Source: an uncultured Prevotella sp.
Lineage (GTDB): Bacteria; Bacillota; Clostridia; Christensenellales; UBA1242
DNA length: 42,504 nt
Assembly: GCA_964370495.1 (NCBI GenBank)
Contig: CAYJJH010000002.1
Location: 1 to 42,504, forward strand
Direction: 5' to 3'
The translations under genes and the position numbers were made by a program. Positions 27,818 through 37,210 of this stretch are shown piece by piece; within the stretch, counting starts at the first letter, position 1; every line of letters begins with the position of its first letter. A model generated the notes under the pieces. It made no database searches and had not been told where the DNA came from. It saw only the letters and a list, made by a program, of their open reading frames with translations.

Positions 27818-30106
27818 TCAAACTAATAACAATTTTGCTACTGTAACCGTGCAATCGTCCGCGGTAAACTTGCTGGATCTACGCATAACTTCGGCGATGA
27901 CCTTGTCCGCGACTTCTTGCGGATTAAAAGAATCTAAATTATTTATAAAGCCTGCAAGTGCTACCCGTTCCCCACCAAAAGCATCCAGCACCCCATCACT
28001 TACCAGCACAACCATATCCCCACCCGTAAGTATGGCTTTGGTAATCTTAGGCTCTATTTCATCTAATATCCCCAGGGGCAAGGACCCAGCTTCCACGACT
28101 TCGACTTCTCTTCCCCTTTTTATAAATCCGTCCGCTGCACCTACCTTTACAAAATTAACGTCGCCCGTAGCCAAATCAAATATACAAATATCCAGAGCCG
28201 AGAAAATATCTTGTCCCGTAAAGCTAAGCAATTGATTAACAGAGTACATAATTATTTCATCTGGAAAGCCTGCCTTGTAAAAATTTTCTACCAAGGTTAG
28301 CGCCAAAGTGCTGGCACGCGCGGCCCTTTCACCTGCGCCCATTCCATCACATAAGGCCATCAATGTTTTGTCATTTGTAATTCGAAGGAAAGAAAATGTA
28401 TCGCCGCTTTTTTCATTAACGCCTTTTGTAACCCCAGCCATTCCGAATAATACACTATATTTTGGTGCCGATCTAACCGAAACAATAGAAAAGCCTTTTG
28501 TATCCGCATCCACTATTTCATCTATTATCATTTTATGCCCACATACGCTGCTTACTATTTTTTCTATTCTTCGGCTTTTTGTTTCACCACGAGGTATCAA
28601 TACAGACACAACAAATTCATTTTTTCCCGTCTTGGTTATAAGGCAATCTTCCGCGAATATATTACTGTATAATAATTCTTCTTTGACCAATTCGGCTCTT
28701 TCATTATCGAATACTACGGTTCTGCATATATCGCTGGCAAACTTTCCACATAATTGCGAAACCCCAGATAGCAAATTAGCCATTAATATTTTACCGCTAT
28801 CTAAACCCGCTATAATTTGTTGCTTATTTTTATTTACAATAATGGCTTTATTTATAGCATTAAGCAATGTGTTTATTCGTGTACATTTTATAGACAAAGT
28901 ATTACTTACATCAAGTAAGGAAACCTGCCCCCGCTTCAACGCAGTTCTGGCAATATCTGTTATACCTTCATCTATGTCTTTGGAAGAAGATGTCGTCTTA
29001 CGGCAGACTTCCTTATTTGGGCAATTAGCACAGATATTGGAATTTATTTCACCACATATCATAAGAGCGGTTTCATTTGGCGGAAGCGCAGTATGTGTTA
29101 GGTTTCTGTATGTATTTTGCATCTCGTTAAATACATTAGACAAAGAACGCATTTTTGTTGATATACCCGCAGTATTTCTGTTTATCGTATTTTTAGATAC
29201 CAGAAACCCACCTATACCACCCGAGCCAAATGTAAAGAATCTGGATACCGACATAGGCAAGCACAAGAAAACCAGCACGGCTACCAATATTGGAAGAAGA
29301 CTGTATCCCGAGTATCCACCATAAGCATTAAAATAAAACCCAATTACAAAGTCGGTAAATAATAAAGCGACAATACTGTATGTTCGGTTTCTATGCTTAA
29401 AAGCAAGACAAGCTATGCAAAGTAAAACTGCTGTAGCCACGAAAACCAAATTATTTGATGCAAACGATTTCCCAAGACCTAACGCAGCAGCAACCATAAC
29501 AGTAGCTTTGGAATCAGCATAAAATACACCAAAGAAAATTACCAGCACCACGAAAAATTTATGTATATCAAAATAAATATTTTCAAATCCAGCAAGCCCC
29601 AAGGCAAATATTATAACTATACTCATAAGACAAACAATTTGATCAATTGTCCATGGCAAAAGAAATTTTTTCTGTCTTATGGTTCTTATGGTTACATATA
29701 GGGTTTGTAAAAAAATAATACCAACAAGAACAGAAACCAAAGTCTTAGCCAAACTCAAATTGTCACCTACGGAGATATAAATATTATACGCTTGAGAAAT
29801 AGCAAAGAAAATTATAAGCAAAGGCAAATATAATCTTTTTCTCTCTCCTATGCTTTTGAATAAAAAAGCCGCAAATAAAAAGACGCCACAAACGAACAAA
29901 GTAGATATAGCATTTATTTGAGCAGAGTCTTTAAATAAAGAAGCCGTTATAAAAACAATCATAGGAAATATCTTGGACATAGGCACCAAAACCAATGAAA
30001 ATAAAAATGCACCGGCAAATGGACTTATACCCTTTTCAATATCTGAAAAAACCAGTACCAGCATTACAATTGCAATAAATAAATGTAATAATATTTTTTT
30101 TGCCAC
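27818..30106 (-). CDS. spoIIE: stage II sporulation protein E (membrane PP2C phosphatase)
   Basis: About 10 N-terminal TM helices, a central regulatory region, and a C-terminal PP2C domain (SGDTFSF, ALCDGMGAGERAARAS, VLVSDGV). GTG start. 762 aa. Confidence 0.9.
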   Translation of the reverse strand: MAKKILLHLFIAIVMLVLVFSDIEKGISPFAGAFLFSLVLVPMSKIFPMIVFITASLFKDSAQINAISTLFVCGVFLFAAFLFKSIGERKRLYLPLLIIFFAISQAYNIYISVGDNLSLAKTLVSVLVGIIFLQTLYVTIRTIRQKKFLLPWTIDQIVCLMSIVIIFALGLAGFENIYFDIHKFFVVLVIFFGVFYADSKATVMVAAALGLGKSFASNNLVFVATAVLLCIACLAFKHRNRTYSIVALLFTDFVIGFYFNAYGGYSGYSLLPILVAVLVFLCLPMSVSRFFTFGSGGIGGFLVSKNTINRNTAGISTKMRSLSNVFNEMQNTYRNLTHTALPPNETALMICGEINSNICANCPNKEVCRKTTSSSKDIDEGITDIARTALKRGQVSLLDVSNTLSIKCTRINTLLNAINKAIIVNKNKQQIIAGLDSGKILMANLLSGVSQLCGKFASDICRTVVFDNERAELVKEELLYSNIFAEDCLITKTGKNEFVVSVLIPRGETKSRRIEKIVSSVCGHKMIIDEIVDADTKGFSIVSVRSAPKYSVLFGMAGVTKGVNEKSGDTFSFLRITNDKTLMALCDGMGAGERAARASTLALTLVENFYKAGFPDEIIMYSVNQLLSFTGQDIFSALDICIFDLATGDVNFVKVGAADGFIKRGREVEVVEAGSLPLGILDEIEPKITKAILTGGDMVVLVSDGVLDAFGGERVALAGFINNLDSFNPQEVADKVIAEVMRRSSKFTADDCTVTVAKLLLV

Positions 30107-30115
30107 TGCATATAG

Positions 30116-30122
30116 TTTGACA
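30116..30122 (-). promoter_or_regulatory. near-consensus Spo0A box (TGTCAAA)
   Basis: The minus strand reads TGTCAAA, one mismatch from TGTCGAA. It lies 10-16 nt upstream of the spoIIE GTG. Confidence 0.25.
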
Positions 30123-30151
30123 AAAATTTACATTAACGCCGTAGCAAAAAC

Positions 30152-30158
30152 TGTCGAA
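30152..30158 (+). promoter_or_regulatory. consensus Spo0A box (TGTCGAA) in the spoIIE-secA divergent region
   Basis: Exact TGTCGAA heptamer, 46-52 nt upstream of the spoIIE start. In B. subtilis spoIIE is a Spo0A-activated gene. Confidence 0.35.
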
Positions 30159-30167
30159 ATATAGTTA

Positions 30168-30196
30168 TTGTTGTCTATACTTTTTTTGTATATAAT
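30168..30196 (+). promoter_or_regulatory. sigma-A-like promoter positioned for a leaderless secA transcript
   Basis: TTGTTG (30168-30173), 17 nt, TATAAT (30191-30196), 6 nt (GTGTTT), ATG at 30203. Confidence 0.5.
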
Positions 30197-30202
30197 GTGT
30201 TT

Positions 30203-32845
30203 ATGGGTTTATTTTCAAGTGACAATACAAGAGCATTAAAAAAGATAGGAAGAATAGCAGATTTAGTTATAGCCTTAGAAGAAGACTATGCTAACTTAAC
30301 GGATGCAGAACTTATTGCAAAAACCGAGGAGTTCAAGCAAAGATTAAACAATGGCGAAACAATGGATGATATCCTGCCAGAAGCTTTTGCAACGGTTCGT
30401 GAAGCAGGTTATCGTGTACTTGGGCAAAAGGCATACTATGTGCAAATCCTGGGCGCTATAGCATTACACCAAGGACGAATAGCAGAAATGAAAACGGGTG
30501 AAGGTAAAACTCTTGTTTCTACAATGCCCTGCTACCTTAACGCACTTCAAGGCAAAGGCGTACATATTATAGAAGTCAATGAATATCTTGCAAAAAGAAA
30601 TAGCGAATGGATGGGTAAGGTTCACAGATTCCTTGGGCTTTCTGTTGGACTAAGTCTTTCCAGAGTAGACGCAAGTGAAAAAAGATCAGCTTATGCTCAT
30701 GACATAACCTATGTAACAAGCAGCGAAGTCGGTTTTGATTATCTTCGTGATAATGTTGCACACACCAAAGAAGCCCGTGTTTTACGCGGTCTTAACTTTG
30801 CAATAATAGATGAAATAGACAGTATTTTAATTGATGAAAGCCGTACCCCACTTATTATGTCGGCACCAACAAAAGACAACAGCGATCTTTACAAAGTAGC
30901 TGACAAATTTGCAAGAACATTATCCGAAGGCGATTTTGAAATTGATCTTAAAGAACGCGCAGTTCGTCTTACCGAAGATGGAATAACCAAAGCCGAGCGT
31001 GCATTTAATATTGAAAACATAAGTGACGCGGACAATATGGAACTTAATCACTTTATAGACAATGCATTAAAAGCTCATTATTTATTTGCAAGAGATGATA
31101 ATTACATAATCAATCAAAACAAAGAAGTAATTATAATTGACCAAAATACAGGGCGTGCTATGATAGGCAGAAGATACAGCGATGGACTTCACCAAGCAAT
31201 AGAAGCCAAGGAAAATGTGCCAATAAAAAATGAAGACAAGACCGTTGCTACGGTTACTATACAAAATTTATTTAAACTGTTCAGAAAGTTAGCAGGTATG
31301 ACGGGAACAGCCAAAACCGAAGAAGATGAATTCAAAAAAATCTACGGTGTGGATGTTGTATCTATACCCACAAATAATCCTATTCAAAGAGAAGATGCAC
31401 CCGATGTTGTCTTCCAAAAAGCATTAACAAAACTTAATGCTATTTATGAAGATGTTTTATATAGATACGAACAAAAGCAACCCGTGCTTATTGGTACCAC
31501 TACCATTGATAAAAGTGAGGAGATTTCAAAATTCCTTAAAACAAAAAAAATTCCACATGTTGTGCTTAATGCAAAGAACCACGAAAAAGAAGCGGATATA
31601 ATCGCAAGCGCAGGAAGATTAGGTAGCGTTACAATCGCAACAAATATGGCGGGTCGTGGAACAGATATATTGCTTGGCGGAAACCCAGAACATATGGCTA
31701 CAATAAGACTTGAAAGAGAAGGCTTCACAGAACAAGACATCTATAATGCTACTGCTTATTTTGAAACCAAAGATGAAACAATATTAGAACACAGAAAACT
31801 GTTCAAACAATATCTTGAAGAATACAAACAAGAAACATCAAAAGAGAAAGAAGAAATAATCAAGCTGGGTGGTCTACATATAATTGGTACAGAAAGACAC
31901 GACAGTCGTCGTATAGACAACCAATTACGCGGAAGATCAGGCAGACAAGGAGACCCAGGAAGTTCTATCTTCTATATTTCTTGTGAAGATGAAATTATGA
32001 AGCGCTTTGGAAAAGATGTTATAGGCGGAACTATGCGCCTGTTTAACATAGACGATGTGCAATCTAAAATGATTACCAGATTATTTGAACGCGTACAAAA
32101 AAGAATTGAGGGCTTCTATTTTGACGCAAGACGAGCTACATTTGAATTTGATAATGTATTAAATGATCAAAGAGAACTTATTTATGAAGAACGAAATAAA
32201 ATTTTAGATGGCGAAGATGTACACGAACAAATACTTAAATCCTTCCCGGATATAGTACATAACCTTGTTAGTCTTGCAATAGATCAAACACAATATTATA
32301 CAGAATGGGATCTGGAAAAAGCCAACTCTGTTTTATCTGATAAATTATTTGGAACGGAAACACAATATCTGGACGAGGAAAATACCAGGGGTGCAACATG
32401 GACAGAAATATATGAAATGGTACTTGAAGCTGTAACTGATACATATGAAGAGAAAATTAAAAAACTTAAAGAAGACGGTTTCGACTTCTCTGCTTTTGAA
32501 AGAGATGTCTTGCTTTCAATAGTAGACAGAAAATGGGTAGAACATATTGACGCAATGGTCAATTTAAGAAACGGCATCTCGCTTCGTGGATACAGCGGCA
32601 AAGATCCACTTATGGAATATCGACGTGAAGCCATTGGTATGTTTAATGAAATGATAGAAAACATCAGCCACGACAGTTCAATCTTTTTATTCAAAGTAAA
32701 GGTTGAAGCAAGAAAACGCGTTGAACCACAATCTAAACCAATTAAAGTAAATAAAATAAATCTTAATACAAAACCCGTAGGCAGAAATGATGCATGTCCG
32801 TGCGGTAGCGGTAAGAAATATAAATCTTGCTGTGGCAAAGCTTAA
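30203..32845 (+). CDS. secA: preprotein translocase ATPase SecA
   Basis: MKTGEGKT Walker A, IIDEIDSILIDE, TNMAGRGTDI, and the C-terminal zinc motif CPCGSGKKYKSCCG. I placed the start at ATG 30203 (MGLFSS), not the GTG at 30197 that abuts the -10. Confidence 0.95.
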   Translation: MGLFSSDNTRALKKIGRIADLVIALEEDYANLTDAELIAKTEEFKQRLNNGETMDDILPEAFATVREAGYRVLGQKAYYVQILGAIALHQGRIAEMKTGEGKTLVSTMPCYLNALQGKGVHIIEVNEYLAKRNSEWMGKVHRFLGLSVGLSLSRVDASEKRSAYAHDITYVTSSEVGFDYLRDNVAHTKEARVLRGLNFAIIDEIDSILIDESRTPLIMSAPTKDNSDLYKVADKFARTLSEGDFEIDLKERAVRLTEDGITKAERAFNIENISDADNMELNHFIDNALKAHYLFARDDNYIINQNKEVIIIDQNTGRAMIGRRYSDGLHQAIEAKENVPIKNEDKTVATVTIQNLFKLFRKLAGMTGTAKTEEDEFKKIYGVDVVSIPTNNPIQREDAPDVVFQKALTKLNAIYEDVLYRYEQKQPVLIGTTTIDKSEEISKFLKTKKIPHVVLNAKNHEKEADIIASAGRLGSVTIATNMAGRGTDILLGGNPEHMATIRLEREGFTEQDIYNATAYFETKDETILEHRKLFKQYLEEYKQETSKEKEEIIKLGGLHIIGTERHDSRRIDNQLRGRSGRQGDPGSSIFYISCEDEIMKRFGKDVIGGTMRLFNIDDVQSKMITRLFERVQKRIEGFYFDARRATFEFDNVLNDQRELIYEERNKILDGEDVHEQILKSFPDIVHNLVSLAIDQTQYYTEWDLEKANSVLSDKLFGTETQYLDEENTRGATWTEIYEMVLEAVTDTYEEKIKKLKEDGFDFSAFERDVLLSIVDRKWVEHIDAMVNLRNGISLRGYSGKDPLMEYRREAIGMFNEMIENISHDSSIFLFKVKVEARKRVEPQSKPIKVNKINLNTKPVGRNDACPCGSGKKYKSCCGKA

Positions 32846-34530
32846 TTTTTACTTAAAGAATAATATAAGCCTTTTTTATCCATAAGCTCTTGATGAGTTC
32901 CACTTTCCACTATGCGACCTGCTCTGCATACAAAAATTTGGTCTACATTTTTAACAGACGGAATACGTTTTGTTACAAAGATTCTGGTTCTCTTTTTTAT
33001 CTTTTTAATAATAATATCATTATAATCACGCTCGGATAATATATCATAATGGCAAAGCGCATTATTCAAAATCAACACATCTGGGGCTTGTAATATTGTT
33101 CTTGATAAAGTTATTGCTTGCTGTTCAGGTGATGTAAGTAATACCGTATTTTCGGTAAGTTGCGTTTCATAACTATGTGGTAATGATTTAATAAATGTAT
33201 CAAAACCAAACATACTGGTTACTTCTATTACATTTTCCGGCAATGTTTTACTTACCCCATACATTATATTTTCCGCAACAGATCCAGTGAAAATAAATGG
33301 ATGTTCAAATGCCACACCAATACGCTTATAATAGCTCTTACTTTTTATTCTAGCCAGATCATATTTACCAATATAAATTTGCCCAGATTTTGGTAACGAA
33401 AGTTTAGAGATAAGATCCGCGATTTCTGAACCTGTATCAGTGTCGCCAACAAAAGCAACACTTGATCCAAATGGTATAGTAAGTGAAACTTCTTTAACGC
33501 TATCTGTGCTTATATTTTCTAATATGATATCTCCATCAATTTTTTTGATATTGGTATCTTCATCTGCTGTTACATCTTCTTTATAGTCCATAATTTCAAA
33601 AAATGTACCTGCCCTACTTTTAACTCTTTGCATAACATTTGTGGCTGCTGTAACCACGGTAGCATTTGATAAAAATCTTTGACTGTAAATCAAGAAGGCC
33701 GGTAATATCATAAACTCTGCTGCTGAAATAGAGCCATTTATCATAAGCATACCAAATACTACGGTTATAGCTAGATACATAAAGTTCTGTATAAACGTAA
33801 TATAAATCGTATTAAATGTTATTGCTGTTTCTTCGCCTACCCCGCCCTTTGGATCATTGGCCTTTGCAAATTCCTCTTTGCCGTCAATTCCATTTGCAAC
33901 AAACAATCCGTGACTTGTTGTATGTTCCTCTACAAAGTTATAAACCTCTTTCTCTGCTTTAAGATTACGTTGATAATATTTTTGTGTTTTACTTGCAACA
34001 AATCTTGCGGTGAGTATTGCAAGCGGCAAAGACATAAATACCAAGAAGGCTAATGTAACATTCATATTAAGCATTGCAATTAAACTGGTTACAAAAAAGA
34101 AAGTGGCCTGCGCAATGTTATATATTACAAATAATGATTCTTTGAATACTTCGGGCACCAAAGATATACGCCGACTTAGTTCACCAACTTCGAATTTATC
34201 AAGGAAAGAAATTGGCACAACATCAAGTTTAGTTTTAAGTGCGGAAATTTGATTTGATGTATTTTTATATTCATATTTAATAATTAAAAAGCCAGCTATG
34301 ATATAAAAAACTTCGTTTATAAGAGCAAGGGATAAATATATAATTATCTGCTCTATTACAAATGCTAATCCTTTGTTGTTCTCTATTCCGTCTATACTCT
34401 CGGCCACATAGCCCGGCATCATAGAAAACAATACTACCCCAATTATACCTAAAATAAGTACGGCAACTATTCTCCACATTAATGGACGGAAGAAGGATAT
34501 TACTCTTAAAAACAATGGTGGTTTTTTCAT
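32842..34530 (-). CDS. ABC exporter half-transporter (TMD-NBD) with a fully degenerate nucleotide-binding domain
   Basis: Six-helix exporter-type TMD followed by an NBD fold. Walker A reads GDTDTGSE (no Lys). The signature is LTSPE. Walker B is VLILNN. The H-loop is VTKR. A GGAGGA SD is present, and the start overlaps the upstream stop by 4 nt. Confidence 0.8.
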   Translation of the reverse strand: MKKPPLFLRVISFFRPLMWRIVAVLILGIIGVVLFSMMPGYVAESIDGIENNKGLAFVIEQIIIYLSLALINEVFYIIAGFLIIKYEYKNTSNQISALKTKLDVVPISFLDKFEVGELSRRISLVPEVFKESLFVIYNIAQATFFFVTSLIAMLNMNVTLAFLVFMSLPLAILTARFVASKTQKYYQRNLKAEKEVYNFVEEHTTSHGLFVANGIDGKEEFAKANDPKGGVGEETAITFNTIYITFIQNFMYLAITVVFGMLMINGSISAAEFMILPAFLIYSQRFLSNATVVTAATNVMQRVKSRAGTFFEIMDYKEDVTADEDTNIKKIDGDIILENISTDSVKEVSLTIPFGSSVAFVGDTDTGSEIADLISKLSLPKSGQIYIGKYDLARIKSKSYYKRIGVAFEHPFIFTGSVAENIMYGVSKTLPENVIEVTSMFGFDTFIKSLPHSYETQLTENTVLLTSPEQQAITLSRTILQAPDVLILNNALCHYDILSERDYNDIIIKKIKKRTRIFVTKRIPSVKNVDQIFVCRAGRIVESGTHQELMDKKGLYYSLSKN

Positions 34531-36269
34531 AATGTATCCTCCATTGCATCTGTTTCATTAAAGAACTTTGCATAATCAGGATTAGACTTCACAAGTTCTT
34601 TATGTGTGCCTTTTACATAAATGTTGTTACCACGTGAAAAATACACTTCATCTGCTGTTTTACATACTATGGGGTTGAATGTTATAAACAATGCTGTTTT
34701 TCCTTCCGTCCTTAATCTTTTGATTGTGTTATCAATTATGTCCGAAGACAAATGCAAAAAGCATCTGTTGAAAATATAAAACTGTGCTGGTTTTAATATA
34801 CAACGAACAATGTTAATAATACTCTTTATATTTTGTGCAGTTTTAGATCTGTTAGATATTTTAGAATCTAAAAACAAAGGTACGGAAGCCAGATGCACGG
34901 CACCAATATCATTAAATGCAGAAAGAATTTGTTCATCTGTTAAATCTGGATTAAACATTTTAATGTTATCACGCACGGTACCATTAACAAAGTGCGGATA
35001 TGCTTGTGATATTGACATTATCTTGGAACGGAAATATTTTTTGTTTATATCTTTTATATTTACACCATTAAGTAATATTGAGCCTTCGCTGGCATCGATG
35101 TAACGAAGCAGTATTTTCATAAGTGTGGTTTTACCGCCACCAGCTCCACCAGAAATCACAACTAATTTACCCGGACTTAATTCCAAAGAAAACTTAGATA
35201 GTGTACGCCTGCCGTTCCAGAAAGTATGACCAAGCTCATGAAATATCAGAGTCGAACCAAACTCTGTCGGTATATTTGTTACGCCGCTTTCTACGTCTTC
35301 TTCGGGCAATTCCATAAACTCACAAACAGAATCACAATATGCTGTACCTAATGTTCTTGCGCTACACGAAGACTTATAAAGAACATTACACGCATTCCAC
35401 ATATAATTTACATATTGTATAACGGTAGACAGGATAACCAACTGCTCGGCTTTTGCTGCGTTTTCAATTGATGTAGCACCAAATAAAATTATAGCCGCTG
35501 TTACAAAAGCAAAAATAATAGCATTTAGTTCCACAGATAAATATCTTGCTCTGTCGATTGAATTACCTTGCTTACTATAAATTTCACTTTGCTTGACACT
35601 CTCTACTCTGCGCTCGCCCGCTTTACCCAGCATCCTAATATCTCTGGCGCCTACGATACCTTCCCTGACCGTCTCAAAGAAAGAGTCATACGCCTTTATA
35701 GTTTTCGGCATAATTTTTTTAACAATATATGTAGATATAAAAAAGTAAGCCAGCACAAAAGGAATCGCACATAACGTTATTAAAAAGTAATCAAATGATA
35801 AAAACAAGATAAATGCCAAACTACCTAGAATAGATATTGGAACAACTACCATAAGTTTAATGTTTTCTCTGCTTACTAATCTTATTGCATTTGTACCTGT
35901 GGTTAGTGTTGCAAGCGCTTTACCTGTACCATATTGACTTAGTTTATCTGTTGGAATTCTTGTAATTTTTTCAAATAGCGACATTCTAGCATTTGTTCTA
36001 ACTTTGCCTACATATACCGCAACCCTGTATTCATTATACATAGTAACTAGCATAATTAATATTATAAAGCCCAAAACTATGCCGGCATTAAGCAAGAAGT
36101 CATTCATAGTTGGTAATGTACCAGCATCATTTTTAATAAGATCAGTAGTGCCTTTTAAGATAAGCGGATAAACAAGCAATAATATTTCTTGTATGACAGT
36201 AAAAATTATACAAACCCAAAATAATTTGTTTGTATCCTTATAAAAGCCATATTTCCGTATTTTGCTCAT
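34527..36269 (-). CDS. ABC exporter half-transporter (TMD-NBD) with an intact Walker A but degenerate Walker B, signature and H-loop
   Basis: Exporter-type TMD. Walker A GGAGGGKTT and a Q-loop (ISQ) are present. At the signature position it reads TAQNI, Walker B is FYIFNR, and the H-loop is ITFN. Confidence 0.8.
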   Translation of the reverse strand: MSKIRKYGFYKDTNKLFWVCIIFTVIQEILLLVYPLILKGTTDLIKNDAGTLPTMNDFLLNAGIVLGFIILIMLVTMYNEYRVAVYVGKVRTNARMSLFEKITRIPTDKLSQYGTGKALATLTTGTNAIRLVSRENIKLMVVVPISILGSLAFILFLSFDYFLITLCAIPFVLAYFFISTYIVKKIMPKTIKAYDSFFETVREGIVGARDIRMLGKAGERRVESVKQSEIYSKQGNSIDRARYLSVELNAIIFAFVTAAIILFGATSIENAAKAEQLVILSTVIQYVNYMWNACNVLYKSSCSARTLGTAYCDSVCEFMELPEEDVESGVTNIPTEFGSTLIFHELGHTFWNGRRTLSKFSLELSPGKLVVISGGAGGGKTTLMKILLRYIDASEGSILLNGVNIKDINKKYFRSKIMSISQAYPHFVNGTVRDNIKMFNPDLTDEQILSAFNDIGAVHLASVPLFLDSKISNRSKTAQNIKSIINIVRCILKPAQFYIFNRCFLHLSSDIIDNTIKRLRTEGKTALFITFNPIVCKTADEVYFSRGNNIYVKGTHKELVKSNPDYAKFFNETDAMEDTL

Positions 36270-36277
36270 TCCTTTAT

Positions 36278-36306
36278 AATATATATTGATGTGCGTTATT
36301 TAGCAA
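36278..36306 (-). promoter_or_regulatory. sigma-A-like promoter positioned for a (near-)leaderless ABC-pair transcript
   Basis: Minus strand: TTGCTA (36306-36301, inside cwlD), 17 nt, TATATT (36283-36278), 8 nt, ATG at 36269. Confidence 0.4.
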
Positions 36307-36962
36307 TATGTTTATGTGTAATGCTATCAATCTTTGTGTCTATAACAGATAATTTAAGCGTAAATAGCATAGATACAGCAGATAAATTTCATATTGTCTT
36401 AGATGCTGGCCATGGTGGAAGAGATGGCGGAGCATTCATTGATGGGGCAATCGAAGCCGTAATAAATCTTGAAATTGTATATGCGCTGGAAAAAGAATTA
36501 ACATCCCAAGGTTTTGTTGTTTCACTTACCCGTGAAACCAGCGAAAGTCTAAGTTCGCCATATGCCAGTAATAAAAAAGTAGATGATATGAATAAGCGTA
36601 GAGAAAAAATAAAATCTTTATCTCCCGATCTTGTAATATCAATTCATCAAAATACTAATCCTTTAACATCGGTAAATGGTCTTATGTGTTATTATGCAAA
36701 TGAAACCCAAGGCAGCAAAGAGTATGCCGAAGTAATTCAAAACCAATTTAACAATAGCGGATTCCCATTTTATAAAAGCATAAAGGCTACTGACTTTAAT
36801 CTTGTCGAGCATTCCCCCTGCCCCGCGATATTAATCGAATGCGGGTTTTTATCAAATGAAAAAGAACGAAAATTGCTTCAGAGCCAAGAATACCAACAGA
36901 TTCTAGCATTTAACATTTCACAAGCCATTATGAGTATAATGAACCAAGGAGGTAACAAATGA
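36291..36962 (+). CDS. cwlD: N-acetylmuramoyl-L-alanine amidase, CwlD-like (spore cortex muramic lactam formation)
   Basis: Amidase_3 motifs VLDAGHGGRDGGA, ...E..., and DLVISIHQN. An N-terminal hydrophobic anchor and a size of 223 aa are typical of CwlD. GTG start. Confidence 0.8.
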   Translation: MRYLAICLCVMLSIFVSITDNLSVNSIDTADKFHIVLDAGHGGRDGGAFIDGAIEAVINLEIVYALEKELTSQGFVVSLTRETSESLSSPYASNKKVDDMNKRREKIKSLSPDLVISIHQNTNPLTSVNGLMCYYANETQGSKEYAEVIQNQFNNSGFPFYKSIKATDFNLVEHSPCPAILIECGFLSNEKERKLLQSQEYQQILAFNISQAIMSIMNQGGNK

Positions 36963-37141
36963 TATGTAATTGTCCAAGCCTAGGCGGGTTACTTAATGCA
37001 TTTTTTAATTTATTTAGATGTCCCTGCCATTGCTATCAAAATGTAGTGCCACAAATTCCACTTGAACCAGCACTGCCTACATCTACTACACCTACATGTA
37101 TTTGGGCTTATGAAACACCATGCCCATCACAACCTTGCTAA
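36959..37141 (+). CDS. cysteine-rich small protein (60 aa, 9 Cys), translationally coupled to cwlD
   Basis: GGAGGT lies 6 nt upstream of an ATG that overlaps the cwlD stop (ATGA). Sequence: MICNCPSLGGLLNAFFNLFRCPCHCYQNVVPQIPLEPALPTSTTPTCIWAYETPCPSQPC. No family recognised. Confidence 0.55.
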   Translation: MICNCPSLGGLLNAFFNLFRCPCHCYQNVVPQIPLEPALPTSTTPTCIWAYETPCPSQPC

Positions 37142-37210
37142 TATAATAAATTTCTTTTTTGTATAGTACAATTATTTCTGCACATAATATTTTCAAGTGG
37201 AGGAATAAAA

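Noticed and set aside
28308-29324. 338-aa ORF on the plus strand, antisense to spoIIE. Similar long antisense ORFs occur at 3445-3879 (in ftsH), 32296-32838 (in secA), 39014-39403 (in ABC-F) and 9553-9984 (in mnmE).
   Set aside because: They lie entirely inside well-supported genes on the opposite strand. Their products are Ser/Leu/Pro/Ile-rich, as expected for shadow frames. They have no SD or promoter geometry. They look like typical stop-poor antisense frames rather than genes.
36959-37141. The Cys-rich ORF as a RiPP or bacteriocin precursor, with a double-glycine leader (SLGG) exported by the adjacent ABC pair.
   Set aside because: The putative leader would be only 10 aa. Neither ABC protein has an N-terminal C39 peptidase domain. 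No radical-SAM, lanthipeptide or cyclodehydratase gene lies nearby. The ABC genes are divergently transcribed and catalytically degenerate. The idea is not supported, so I kept only the neutral observation.
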